Part shown: positions 10,924-21,002 of the stretch, one piece after another | Numbering within the stretch: position 1 is the stretch's first letter | How the letters are laid out: each line of letters begins with the position of its first letter | IMG/VR virus record: IMGVR_UViG_3300002052_000213 | Span: 1,236-65,235 of that record | Length of the DNA: 64,000 bases | Reading direction: 5' to 3' (one strand) | From: a virus | Taxonomy: Duplodnaviria > Caudoviricetes | Translations under genes and position numbers: made by a program | The notes under the pieces: model-generated | What the model saw: only the letters and a program-made list of their open reading frames with translations | The model's database searches: none | What the model was told of the DNA's origin: nothing

Positions 10924-13900
10924 TTAATATCTACCTCCTACAGAAAACATGTCTTTAGTTATTATCCTTTTAATTTCATTAGCTAATATACTTATATCTT
11001 TCTCTTCTCTTATAACTGGATAATTTATAGTTATAAATATATTTTGTCCTTGAGGAGCTGTCATAGGTTCTACTGGTTTTACATATACCGAATTAGGAGA
11101 TCCAAAATCACTTCTCATTCCCTTTAATTCATCAATTTCCTTTTTAATTTCACTCTTTAATTCAGTAAATTCCCCTACCCAGAAAGGTCTAGTATTTTCT
11201 GCTATTTGCTCTAACCATCTTAAGTAAGGTTGATATGTAGATATAAATGATAAATATTGAATCTCTGCTCCACCACTTTCTACTTCCGTTGATATATCTC
11301 CTACAAATTCATCTGCCATTAAGGAACTAGTTCTATATCTATTTGCTGTTGCATTTCTCAACGTCATAGATTCTCCTACCAATCTAGTTGTATCAAGAGC
11401 AGTAAACGATAAATCTTCTATACCTGTTAACATTAATTTATTTTTTCTACCTTCAATATCAAATTCTCTAGATACCAATTCTTGAGTTACAACTTGTGTT
11501 AACATAGGTAATTCTGGAATTGTAGTAGGTATTAATATTTGAGTTATCACTTGTTCCTTATCTAATATTTCAGGTATTGTTGTAGGAATCAATATTTGTA
11601 CTATTTCTTGTTCTTTATCTTCAACTTCTGGAATAGTCACTAAATCTAATTCTTGTCTTATCTCCTGAGTTAAAACTTCTGGTTGAGGTATAAATGCTGG
11701 ATTTAAATATTGAGTTATAGTTTGTCTTAAATCTCTTACTTCAGGTAGCATTCCTATTTCTACTAATCTTTGTATAATCAATTGTTCCATATTCTCTGGA
11801 ACTGGTATTTCAGCTTCTATAAGAGTTTGTTCTATAGTTTGCATAAGGTTATTTGGAGGAAATATTCTTACTTCTATCAATCTCTGTTTTATATCTTGGG
11901 TAATATCTTCTGGAATAGGAATTTCAACTGTATGTAATATTTGTTCTATTATTTGTTGTTGATTACTTACTGGAGATATTTCTATAGGTTCTAATGTTTG
12001 CACTATACTTTGTGTTAAATCATCAACCATAGGAATAAATACTTTTATCAATTCTTGAGATATTATCTGTTTCTGATCCTCTACTTCTGGAATTCTAGCT
12101 ACTTTCAAGTTTTGAACAATAGTTTGTGTCATATCCTCTACGTTTGGGATATCTACTTCATTAAGAATTTGTGTTATAGTTTGTGTTATATTTTTAATAC
12201 TAGGTATTTCAATTGTTTGTAACTCTTGAACTATTCTCTGAGTAACATCTTCTAATTCTATCTCTGGAATTTCAGCTTGTATAAGTTCTTGTGTAATTAT
12301 TTGTTCCATGTTTCTTGGTTCCATAATGTCTACTTCAACTAAAGATTGAATTATCTGTTGAGTTAAATTCTCCACTCTAGGTATTCTAGTTTCTATTAAT
12401 TCTTGTGTTATAAGTTGATTCATGTTTCTAATATTTGGTATTTCTACCGTTTGTAATTGTTGAACTATAATTTGAGTTAAATCTTCTATTTCAGGTGTCT
12501 GTACTTCTATTAGCTCTTGTCTAATGATTTGTTTTAAATCTTCTACTCTTGTAGGTCTAACTTCTCTTATTTCTTGTATTATTCTCTGAGTTAAATCTGG
12601 TACATTAGGTATTTCAGCTTTATCTAGAACCTGAGTAATTCTCTGTCTTATATCTTCAACTCTAGGAATATCTACTTCTTCTAATCTTTGTCTAATTTCT
12701 TGTACAATGTTATCTACTATTGGAATCCTAGCTTCAATTAATCTTTGAGTAATAGTTTGGATAATATCTCTAGGTTCAGTAATATCTGCTTCATCTAATT
12801 CTTGAGTTATACTTTGAATTAATTCTTTAGGAATAGGAATCTCTACTGCATCTAATACTTGTGTAATAATTTGAGTTTTATCTCTGATTCTAGGTATTTC
12901 CGTTTCTCTTAATATCTGTGTTATATATTGTATTTTATCTTCTATAGTTGGATATTCTGCTAATGTAAGTTCTTGTATAATTTCTTGATATTGAGCACTC
13001 GCTTCAGGTATATCTACTGGTATAAATTCTTGTGTAATTCTCTGTCTTTGATCACTTATAGTTGGTACATTAACTCTTATTAGTTCTTGTTCTATTATTT
13101 GACGCATATCTTCTACATCAGGTATAGGAACTTGTATTAATCTTTGTGTAATAGTTTGTACTATATCTTGTATTTCTACTTCTGGTATCTCTGCTGTTCT
13201 TAAATGTTGTCTTATTATTTGATCTACATTCTCTACTGTTGGAATCTCCACTTCTCTAAGTTCTTGAATTATAGTCTGTGTCATGTCTTCTTTAACAGGT
13301 ATTTCTATCTCTTCAAGTAATTGATAAATAGTGTAAGTTTGATCTTCAACTATAGGTATATCAGGCATTACTCTACCTAGAGTTTGGAATATGAATTGAG
13401 TTTGATCTTGTACTTCTGGAATTTCATAAGGAACTAATACTTGAAGTATTTCTTGATGAGGTACTTCAGGTATTTGTGTTTCTATTAATTCTTGATATAT
13501 ATTTTGAGTTATATCTTGTAACTCGGGAACTTCTATTTCTTCCATTATTGGAAATATTGTTATTACTTTCTCTATATCTCTAATTTCAGCTAATTCTAGT
13601 CTTTTTACTTCATCTCCTAAACTCTTTACTTCAGTTGTACTTTCTTTCAAAGCACTTACTAAAGAATCTTCAATAAGAATATCTTCCCAACTTTTTGTAG
13701 TTCCTATTCCTTGCTCTATTTCTTTCATCATATTTCTCATTTCTTTTTTCATTCTTTCCATTTCACTAGTTGCATAAGCTTGTGCTATTGCTAATGATAT
13801 AAATGTTCCAACTAAGAATGTTCCAATTCCTAAAACTACAGACATCGCAAATGCAGCTCCCATAGAAGAAGTTTGTAAGTAATTCATCATACCACTTAAA

Positions 13901-15603
13901 ATACCAGTTTTTCCTGCTGCTACAATTGCTGAATCCCCTGCTTTATCTTCCATAAATGCAGTAAGACTTACTTGAACTGCTGCTCCTGTTGCTTGCTTAC
14001 CAGTAAGTCCTAATGTTCCACCAAAAAAAGCTTCTTTCATAGATGCTGAAATTGCACTATCTCCTGCCATGCCTTGTAAGATACTTAATTTCATTAAGAA
14101 ATCCATTACAGTAAGTCCTGTTCTTATCATTGTTGGAAATGCTCCAAATATTAGCATTCCCCAAGACATAGCATACTGGAATGCACTTTGTCTAGCTGAT
14201 TCTAACGTAGCTTTTAATGCAAACTGAGCTTCCTTTACTCTAATTGTTGCTTGTCTAGCTTCTTCTGATCCTGCTCCATATTCAAACAATATTTCATTAT
14301 ATTCTCTTTGAGCTTCAGATAAACTCATGGCAGATCTAGTTAAAGACCAAGATTGTCTTTCCATTTCTACCTCTCTTCTAGTCATTCTAGCTATGCTCAT
14401 AGCAGTAAACATCATTCCTAATCCAGCCCAAAATATGTCTCTAGTAAATTCTCTCATTACTACTCCAGTAGCACCTATACTTGCCATAAATCTTCTTTGT
14501 ACTTCAGATATTTCTCTAAGTCTTATTCTCATAAATCCTAGTTGAGCTATCATTTCTTTTGCAGGTTCTACTCCACCAGTTAATAATGCTCTCCTGAAAT
14601 CTCTAAACTCTGTAGCTCCTATACCTACTTGATTCATAGTTATCTTAAAAACATCAGACCAGTATTTCCATATTTGACTAGATGTAAATCCAGCTTCATT
14701 TAATTTATCTAATGTTCCTTGAATCATTCCTACAGCATCACTAACAGTAGCTATAGGTCTATGAAACTTTTCTAATTCGGTAAGAAAAACTTTAAGTCCG
14801 AATACTCCTTCTTCTTTAAATATCTTAATTAAGTCATTAGCTACTGGAGAAGCTATTTCCATTTGTTTCATCATATTTTTAAGTGAGCCACCTAGATATT
14901 CCATAGTCTTATTAAACTCTAATCCAGCTACACTAACAGATCTTAAAACTCTAAATATTGTTGTTACTCCTTGAGAGAAAGATGTTATAGGTTGATTTAA
15001 TGCTTTATAACTTTCAAGTAGAACAGCATTTCCTTCTGCATCTTTCTTTATTGATTGATTTAATATGTTAACTCCTTGTTCTAACGATATAAGATCTTTA
15101 TTAAAAGCTGTAAAAGCATTTGAAGTATAACCAGTTCTTAATCTTAATTTTTCCATAGCTTCTACTGCTGGACCAAATAACTCTTCCCATGCTCTCATCT
15201 CTTCAAGATTTTTTCTAAGTTTTGGAACAAATTTATCGAATGATAATCCACCTAGACGTAATGTTTTGATATGAGCTAACATCTTTTCACTTGCATTCTC
15301 TATAATTTCTAAATATTTAGTCCAGTGTCTTCCAGCAAATTCAGTATTAGTTACTGTGTCTTTAGCTAATTCATTTATTCCTGCAGCTAAAGCTGGATCA
15401 AGTTTAGGTCTAGTAAATCCTTCTATAATAGGAGTTGCACTTCTAGCTACTTTAGCTAAATTAGATACTCCAGTACTAACTTTTGCACTAACTGTATTAA
15501 TTTTCTCTAGACTCTTAGCTAATTCACCTACTTCCTCAGCACCTGTTACACTAGCTAATATTTTTACATTTATTACAACATCTTCAGGAGTACTCATATT
15601 CAT
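10924..15603 (-). CDS. Tail tape measure protein
   Basis: 1559 aa after tail tube and chaperone; helical N-half with hydrophobic segments; typical short C-terminal tail. Confidence 0.85.
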   Translation of the reverse strand: MNMSTPEDVVINVKILASVTGAEEVGELAKSLEKINTVSAKVSTGVSNLAKVARSATPIIEGFTRPKLDPALAAGINELAKDTVTNTEFAGRHWTKYLEIIENASEKMLAHIKTLRLGGLSFDKFVPKLRKNLEEMRAWEELFGPAVEAMEKLRLRTGYTSNAFTAFNKDLISLEQGVNILNQSIKKDAEGNAVLLESYKALNQPITSFSQGVTTIFRVLRSVSVAGLEFNKTMEYLGGSLKNMMKQMEIASPVANDLIKIFKEEGVFGLKVFLTELEKFHRPIATVSDAVGMIQGTLDKLNEAGFTSSQIWKYWSDVFKITMNQVGIGATEFRDFRRALLTGGVEPAKEMIAQLGFMRIRLREISEVQRRFMASIGATGVVMREFTRDIFWAGLGMMFTAMSIARMTRREVEMERQSWSLTRSAMSLSEAQREYNEILFEYGAGSEEARQATIRVKEAQFALKATLESARQSAFQYAMSWGMLIFGAFPTMIRTGLTVMDFLMKLSILQGMAGDSAISASMKEAFFGGTLGLTGKQATGAAVQVSLTAFMEDKAGDSAIVAAGKTGILSGMMNYLQTSSMGAAFAMSVVLGIGTFLVGTFISLAIAQAYATSEMERMKKEMRNMMKEIEQGIGTTKSWEDILIEDSLVSALKESTTEVKSLGDEVKRLELAEIRDIEKVITIFPIMEEIEVPELQDITQNIYQELIETQIPEVPHQEILQVLVPYEIPEVQDQTQFIFQTLGRVMPDIPIVEDQTYTIYQLLEEIEIPVKEDMTQTIIQELREVEIPTVENVDQIIRQHLRTAEIPEVEIQDIVQTITQRLIQVPIPDVEDMRQIIEQELIRVNVPTISDQRQRITQEFIPVDIPEASAQYQEIIQELTLAEYPTIEDKIQYITQILRETEIPRIRDKTQIITQVLDAVEIPIPKELIQSITQELDEADITEPRDIIQTITQRLIEARIPIVDNIVQEIRQRLEEVDIPRVEDIRQRITQVLDKAEIPNVPDLTQRIIQEIREVRPTRVEDLKQIIRQELIEVQTPEIEDLTQIIVQQLQTVEIPNIRNMNQLITQELIETRIPRVENLTQQIIQSLVEVDIMEPRNMEQIITQELIQAEIPEIELEDVTQRIVQELQTIEIPSIKNITQTITQILNEVDIPNVEDMTQTIVQNLKVARIPEVEDQKQIISQELIKVFIPMVDDLTQSIVQTLEPIEISPVSNQQQIIEQILHTVEIPIPEDITQDIKQRLIEVRIFPPNNLMQTIEQTLIEAEIPVPENMEQLIIQRLVEIGMLPEVRDLRQTITQYLNPAFIPQPEVLTQEIRQELDLVTIPEVEDKEQEIVQILIPTTIPEILDKEQVITQILIPTTIPELPMLTQVVTQELVSREFDIEGRKNKLMLTGIEDLSFTALDTTRLVGESMTLRNATANRYRTSSLMADEFVGDISTEVESGGAEIQYLSFISTYQPYLRWLEQIAENTRPFWVGEFTELKSEIKKEIDELKGMRSDFGSPNSVYVKPVEPMTAPQGQNIFITINYPVIREEKDISILANEIKRIITKDMFSVGGRY
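11468..13537 (-). repeat. About 36 tandem 19-aa (57-nt) repeats in the tape measure protein
   Basis: Consensus EIPxVEDxxQxIxQxLxxx counted by eye. Confidence 0.9.
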
Positions 15604-15616
15604 CCCTCATATTATA

Positions 15617-16194
15617 TTATATTCTCCTAGTTTTAACTTTTGTCTTTCCTCTACCAGAAGGTCTTCTTCTTTGTTCTTGAGTTTTACTCTTTAATTTAGC
15701 CTCTTCAGTCTTTATCATCATGTTTAACCATGCTATCTGAAGATCTGTTCTACTTAAGAAATCTTCTTTAGCTTGTTCCCAAGAAAAATCTTTAAGCTTT
15801 AAGTATTGGTAGAAATCTTTACTTAAATTGCCCTCTGCTGTTGTAAAAAATCTCTCATAGACTTTCTAGTTTTCTCTGTTAACTTAGTAACTCTTTGGCT
15901 CCAATCCCAAGTCACAGCTTCTAAGATTGCATCTATTTTTGGAGAAGGACAATCTAAATATTCCTTGTATGTAATTTTAGGTTCTACAAGCATTTTAAGA
16001 GCCAATCTATTAGATATTTCTGTGGCTTGTTCAATGTCACTCATATCTTTCCATAAGGGACTTTTCATTGCTTCTTGTCTAACTTCTATTTTATCTCTAG
16101 TTGTGGGATCTCTAACTTTTACAGTAATATCTAAACTCTCTATTGGTAGATCTCTAGGTTCATTAGAGAGTAATTCTTGTAAGGTTATTTCCAT
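15617..16194 (-). CDS. Tail assembly chaperone, frameshifted long form (~192 aa)
   Basis: T TTT TTA slippery site at 15850-15844; the -1 frame is open for 75 codons (TTAEGNLSKDFYQYL...TRRI) to TAA at 15619-15617. Confidence 0.8.
15823..16194 (-). CDS. Tail assembly chaperone, short form
   Basis: Between tail tube and tape measure genes. Confidence 0.75.
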   Translation of the reverse strand: MEITLQELLSNEPRDLPIESLDITVKVRDPTTRDKIEVRQEAMKSPLWKDMSDIEQATEISNRLALKMLVEPKITYKEYLDCPSPKIDAILEAVTWDWSQRVTKLTEKTRKSMRDFLQQQRAI

Positions 16195-16197
16195 ATT

Positions 16198-17064
16198 TTA
16201 CCACTGAGCTATACTGGTGTCGTCAACTATTTGAATACCTCTAGTTGCTGCTGTTGATGGCATAGCTATCCAAGTGAACTCAACTTCATATACATCATGT
16301 CCAGTGAATTCATCTGGTAGTTCATTAAACCATATAGAGTTACAGTATATTGATAAACTACCTCTTCCTAAGCCCATAACAGTTATAGTAAGTTCATGTC
16401 CACCCTGAGTAAAGTATTGGATATCTGCTTGTCCACATGTAATTCCACCAGTAACTTCCAATCTTTGTTCTCGAATCTTAGTTGGTTGTTTTCCTTGTCC
16501 ACATGCATATCTTGATTCTAGGTTGTTATTAAATTCTACATATCCACTTTGTACTTCAGTTAAAGCATTACCATCTAATTGTACAATTACAGATGCTCCT
16601 GTCATAGCTTCTACAGACCAATCAGTATCTCCAGCTACTGCTATAGTTTCAGCTATAGTTCCTAACATTTCCATTTCATAAGTAACGAATTCACCTGCTG
16701 AAAAATTAATTCTTAATCTGTCACACTTAGCTCCATGTATAGTTAAACTATCTGATTCTGATTCTGCACTTACAGTACATTCTGGAATATCTGTTAGAAC
16801 AGTAATTGTACTTGGATTAGCATCTAACCATGCAGGATTAACACTTCCTAAAGCCAAATAAAATGGTTTACCAGACACAAGTTCTGCTTCTATTCTTGCA
16901 GTATATTCTTTAGCTCCTTCAGTAATGTCAACATCAAATCTTGTTCCAGATGCTACTTCCTGCTCAATTAGATTAAATACTTCACTTGCTTCAAATGATA
17001 TTGGAAAGTTTACTATAGTTCCACCTAGTCCTGCTGCACCAGTAATACTAACTTTTCTTGTCAT
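16198..17064 (-). CDS. Major tail tube protein
   Basis: Beta-rich 288 aa; GAKCDRLRINF, FNNNLE, EVTGGIT motifs; position. Confidence 0.8.
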   Translation of the reverse strand: MTRKVSITGAAGLGGTIVNFPISFEASEVFNLIEQEVASGTRFDVDITEGAKEYTARIEAELVSGKPFYLALGSVNPAWLDANPSTITVLTDIPECTVSAESESDSLTIHGAKCDRLRINFSAGEFVTYEMEMLGTIAETIAVAGDTDWSVEAMTGASVIVQLDGNALTEVQSGYVEFNNNLESRYACGQGKQPTKIREQRLEVTGGITCGQADIQYFTQGGHELTITVMGLGRGSLSIYCNSIWFNELPDEFTGHDVYEVEFTWIAMPSTAATRGIQIVDDTSIAQW

Positions 17065-17100
17065 AATCCACTCCTCTTAATATAATGTTCAAGTATCCCT

Positions 17101-17111
17101 ATATAAATATT
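17101..17111 (-). promoter_or_regulatory. Putative late promoter AATATTTATAT
   Basis: Upstream of tail tube gene, followed by TAAGAGGAG RBS; same 11-mer at 19463 and 22784. Confidence 0.6.
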
Positions 17112-17124
17112 ATTCTTACTCACT

Positions 17125-17994
17125 CTACTCTACTGTTGGTAATTCTTTCATACCTATTAATTTCTTTCTTAAGTTAAAGTTAGAACTTCTAACGTATATT
17201 TTCCTCATTATTCTATCTAGAGGAGATAATCCTAATGGAGTAAATAGAGTTACGTTAGGTAATTGTGTTCTTTTAAGAAATAGTCCTCTTTCTCCATAAC
17301 TTAATATTTTATCTACCTCATCAGGATATTGAGAATACACTAATATCATACCTACTATATTACCTAAAGCTAAAGAATCATGACAATATCTTTCTTCAGT
17401 TCTTCTATCAACTATATCAACTGCTATTCTAGGTAATTTATCTAAAGTAATAGTGTCATCTGGATATGTAGGATATATCCAATCATTTATATCTATGTTA
17501 AACATTAAATCAAAACTAACAGTAGTCCAAGTACTATTTGTACTTTCTTTAGGTATTCCCATTTGATAATTAGTCATTACAGTATCTCTACCTATTTTAT
17601 AATAATTAGTAGAATCTTGATTACTACTTTCAAACACTAACCAATATTTGTTTTTAGATATTAATTTAGAGTATAAACAACTTTTACTATCCCATGTATC
17701 GTTAGTAATATCTGAAGGAGAGAATGTAACAGATTTAACTTTAGTTCCTGAGGGAGCATCATTAGTGTCTGTTTGTACTGATACTGTAAGATCATCTAAT
17801 GTACTTCCTACAGTATTACAATATACTGATATAGAATTCATTCTAGTAGTAAAAGGATAGAATGATTGAGCATATTTGGTATCTATACTCATTCCAGTAT
17901 AGAATGTATTTCCTACAGTATTTCTAGGATATAAATAATCTCTAAGAACATCTGTAATATCTTTCTTTATACCCCAAAAATCTATGTACGACAT
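17125..17994 (-). CDS. Tail terminator-like protein with inserted beta-sandwich domain
   Basis: IYPTYP...LPRIAV terminator-like motif; AQSF...PSGT...KYWLV insert; upstream of tail tube. Confidence 0.55.
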   Translation of the reverse strand: MSYIDFWGIKKDITDVLRDYLYPRNTVGNTFYTGMSIDTKYAQSFYPFTTRMNSISVYCNTVGSTLDDLTVSVQTDTNDAPSGTKVKSVTFSPSDITNDTWDSKSCLYSKLISKNKYWLVFESSNQDSTNYYKIGRDTVMTNYQMGIPKESTNSTWTTVSFDLMFNIDINDWIYPTYPDDTITLDKLPRIAVDIVDRRTEERYCHDSLALGNIVGMILVYSQYPDEVDKILSYGERGLFLKRTQLPNVTLFTPLGLSPLDRIMRKIYVRSSNFNLRKKLIGMKELPTVE

Positions 17995-18443
17995 TATTTC
18001 AATCCCTCTTTAACAGATGATATCATAATTTCTTTTATGGTAGGTATTAAAATAGTTACTATAGCTCTAACTCTCATAGGATCTATTTCTACAATGTCTA
18101 ATGGTCTTCTATCTTCTGGTTCTATATATCTTAAATAAAATAAGTATCTACATCTTTTACTAGCATCTAATATTTCTTCTTCTTTTGATTTTAAGTATTC
18201 TATAATTCTAACTTCAGAAGGAGCAACATGTACTTCTTTTTTAGATACCATATACACTTCAGTTTGATATCCTTCTACTTCTTCATTAAGTCTACCTTGA
18301 ATAAGTTTTCCAGATTCTAATAGTGCAGGAGAAATATAAGTTAAATGTTCTAGAGAATTAGCAAGATTTTTTACTTTTCTAGTAGCTTCTTCTAATCCTT
18401 CTTTCTCTAGATTTACTTCAAACATATTATATCCTCTCCACAA
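17994..18443 (-). CDS. Neck/tail completion protein (HK97 gp10-like position)
   Basis: Synteny in the neck module. Confidence 0.45.
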   Translation of the reverse strand: MWRGYNMFEVNLEKEGLEEATRKVKNLANSLEHLTYISPALLESGKLIQGRLNEEVEGYQTEVYMVSKKEVHVAPSEVRIIEYLKSKEEEILDASKRCRYLFYLRYIEPEDRRPLDIVEIDPMRVRAIVTILIPTIKEIMISSVKEGLK

Positions 18444-18771
18444 CTAATTCTCTAAAGAAATCTCTTTCATTATGTTCGTTTATCTTATACTCTATATTCT
18501 CATATAGAATTCTATCATTATCACTCAAGTCTTCCTCTTCTTTAAATAACATTAGAAGATCTCCATCATATGCTCTACCAAAAGGAAACACTAACTCTAT
18601 CCATCCACCTATATTAGACACTAAAGCTCTACTAGTAATTGTAGTGTCATATGTAATATAAGAAGTTCCTCTATCTTCATCTCTATGCATAGTAGCTTTC
18701 CTTATTTTAACTACTTTACCTTCTTTCCTAATTAATGTCTTTACTAGAAATCCACCTTTAATGAAAGTCAT
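18427..18771 (-). CDS. Head closure/stopper protein
   Basis: 114 aa beta protein, DRILYENIEYKI motif, synteny. Confidence 0.6.
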   Translation of the reverse strand: MTFIKGGFLVKTLIRKEGKVVKIRKATMHRDEDRGTSYITYDTTITSRALVSNIGGWIELVFPFGRAYDGDLLMLFKEEEDLSDNDRILYENIEYKINEHNERDFFRELVVERI

Positions 18772-18782
18772 AGCTATCTCCT

Positions 18783-19427
18783 CTAATATTCATCTAGGTA
18801 TTTTTCTCCCATAGTAATATCTTTCTGTTTCTTCTTTACATATGGTCTTTTATTAAATGCATTTATAGCTTCATTATATCTTTGTTTCAAGTCCATATAT
18901 GGTTTAGTGTGTCTCCAAGAGAATGCACCCATTCTCGAACTTTGAGGAATTAATAGATATTCAGAAAATATATAATCATAAGTTGCCCATAAATTAGCTG
19001 CTCTTCTAAGTAATCCATAGTCAGGTTTATGTTTATAATAATAATAATCTATTGACACTGCATCAAAAGTAGCAGAAGGTATAGAAGACAAATATACTTT
19101 ACCAAAGTCAGGATTAATAGAAGAAACTCCCCATGTTATTCTAGTTGATATACTTTCTACATCTCCCCATACATATACAGTTACATCTGCTGTATTAACT
19201 ACACAATCATAATTAGTGTCTGCAATATGTTTATGATTAGTTTCTAATGTTCCTGTATTTCCATTTGGAGAACCATCTATTATTTCATTCATAACTCCTA
19301 TAGCTACATCATTAAAAACTATAGTATCTGCTTGTTCTATATAAAAATCTAATTTACTATCTGGTATATCACTTTCATCTAATCCAGCATATTTTCGTAT
19401 AGATCTAGGATCTGCATAATGAGACAT
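18783..19427 (-). CDS. Head-tail adaptor protein
   Basis: N-terminal YADPRSIRKY...IEQA typical of gp6/gp15-like adaptors; follows the capsid gene. Confidence 0.65.
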   Translation of the reverse strand: MSHYADPRSIRKYAGLDESDIPDSKLDFYIEQADTIVFNDVAIGVMNEIIDGSPNGNTGTLETNHKHIADTNYDCVVNTADVTVYVWGDVESISTRITWGVSSINPDFGKVYLSSIPSATFDAVSIDYYYYKHKPDYGLLRRAANLWATYDYIFSEYLLIPQSSRMGAFSWRHTKPYMDLKQRYNEAINAFNKRPYVKKKQKDITMGEKYLDEY

Positions 19428-19462
19428 TTATTTCCCTCTTAATGATACTATACACTGTTCTC

Positions 19463-19473
19463 ATATAAATATT
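19463..19473 (-). promoter_or_regulatory. Putative late promoter AATATTTATAT
   Basis: Upstream of adaptor gene, followed by TAAGAGGG RBS. Confidence 0.6.
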
Positions 19474-19476
19474 TTC

Positions 19477-19516
19477 AAAAAATAAAATAAGTCTTATTCC
19501 CCACAAGAGGAATAAG
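19477..19516 (-). terminator. Hairpin plus T-tract terminator after the major capsid gene
   Basis: Minus strand CTTATTCCTC-TTGT-GGGGAATAAG (10-bp stem with one GU) followed by TTATTTTATTTTTT. Confidence 0.6.
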
Positions 19517-19540
19517 AAACCATACACTTTTACTCAGTTA

Positions 19541-20671
19541 TTAGCTAACTGGTAAAGTGCTTGGGAACGTATTCTTTCCAGACATAACTAAACAGGCTGC
19601 TAGAGTATCTGTGATACCAAATCCTCTTTCTGCATAGAAGTAGTATGCAACCATGTCTTTCTCATAGACATCATCTCTGTAAGAACGTAGTTCTTCTTTG
19701 TGTACATCATATCCAAGTCTTGAAGTATCTACAACTATAGCACATCCTTCTGGAAGTCTCCTAGATTCAGTGATAACTTTTAGTCCCCATACCTTTCCTA
19801 TTTCTGCATTCATTAGTGGTTCTCTTCCACCATAAGCAGAAGCATCCAAGAAATTAACCTTGTCATCATATAATAGGCTAGGCATGTCATTCCAAGACAT
19901 CACTACAACATTAGGATCTCTACCATGAGAGATTAGCTTAGCTTTTCCTTTAAGGATACCCCAAGCGTTAATTCCAGTTTCTTGACTTCCTGGTTGAGCA
20001 CCAGTGATTGCAAGTAGATTTCTACCTGGTACTTGGTAGTGTATTGTATTAACTGCAGCTAGAGTTGAATACAGATATATGCTTCCTGCAGCATAATCTA
20101 TACCTTTGATAGTTCCTGCCATTGAAGTCTTGACAGAGTTTACTGTCCATACTGGAGCTGTCATAGGATATACTGAAGAGCCAGTAGCAAAACCTGTTAC
20201 CGTTTCTGCAGCTTGTTTGTTAGAAGCATATATTAGTTGGTAATATGCAGCATCATCTATTTGTTCCTTGTATTGAAGACCTACTTCATAGATGTTATCT
20301 TTTATAACATCTCTCATAGCAAACTTAATTGCTTCTCTAGTTATCTTCAACCAACCAGCAACTTTGTACACTCCAATTGTAGTTCCAGTGTAAGCTGTTA
20401 AACCTACTGTTGCTTTTAGACTTGTAACATCTTTACCTTCAATTGCACCTGCTGTAGTCTCTATAGTGAATCCACCTGCAGCATTAGCTGAGGGGAATAT
20501 CACTTCTTTACCTGGTTTGTTAAGGATATCTCTGTTTACTCTGTATAGTTGTGCCCAAGTAACTTTCTTGTGCACAATTTCCTCAAAAGTTGCAGCTATA
20601 ACTTCAGGAGTAATAATACCTACATCTGCAGCAGAAATTGACTCGCCTGTTAGTTCCTCTATGTCTAACAC
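19541..20671 (-). CDS. Major capsid protein (HK97 fold)
   Basis: GIITPEVIA, KVAGWLKITREAI, GKVWGLKVITES, YFYAERGFG pattern; GTG start with AGGTGA RBS. Confidence 0.88.
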   Translation of the reverse strand: MLDIEELTGESISAADVGIITPEVIAATFEEIVHKKVTWAQLYRVNRDILNKPGKEVIFPSANAAGGFTIETTAGAIEGKDVTSLKATVGLTAYTGTTIGVYKVAGWLKITREAIKFAMRDVIKDNIYEVGLQYKEQIDDAAYYQLIYASNKQAAETVTGFATGSSVYPMTAPVWTVNSVKTSMAGTIKGIDYAAGSIYLYSTLAAVNTIHYQVPGRNLLAITGAQPGSQETGINAWGILKGKAKLISHGRDPNVVVMSWNDMPSLLYDDKVNFLDASAYGGREPLMNAEIGKVWGLKVITESRRLPEGCAIVVDTSRLGYDVHKEELRSYRDDVYEKDMVAYYFYAERGFGITDTLAACLVMSGKNTFPSTLPVS

Positions 20672-20750
20672 TCTTTCTCACCTTTTTTATAATTATTAAT
20701 ATGTATAGACATAGAAGGCATATAAAAAGATATTGGTGAAAATAGAAAAT

Positions 20751-21002
20751 TTAGTATCTTAATCTTTTCTTACCGTCTGCAATTATGAAATCTACACACT
20801 TTTCTATAAGTTCTGAAGAAAGTATTTCCTCTTCCTGTAATGCTTCTCTTTCTTTGGGAGTCATAGATAAAAGTAGAGCTTTTCTCGTATCTCCATCTAT
20901 TCTCTGATTATTCTTTCTAAGCCCTACTATTTCATCTTTTAAAGCTTTTTGTGTTTTTAATATTTCTTGTAGAATAGGTACTAATTCATCTGCAGTTACC
21001 AT
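20751..21002 (-). CDS. Hypothetical protein
   Basis: Co-oriented between scaffold and capsid genes. Confidence 0.5.
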   Translation of the reverse strand: MVTADELVPILQEILKTQKALKDEIVGLRKNNQRIDGDTRKALLLSMTPKEREALQEEEILSSELIEKCVDFIIADGKKRLRY

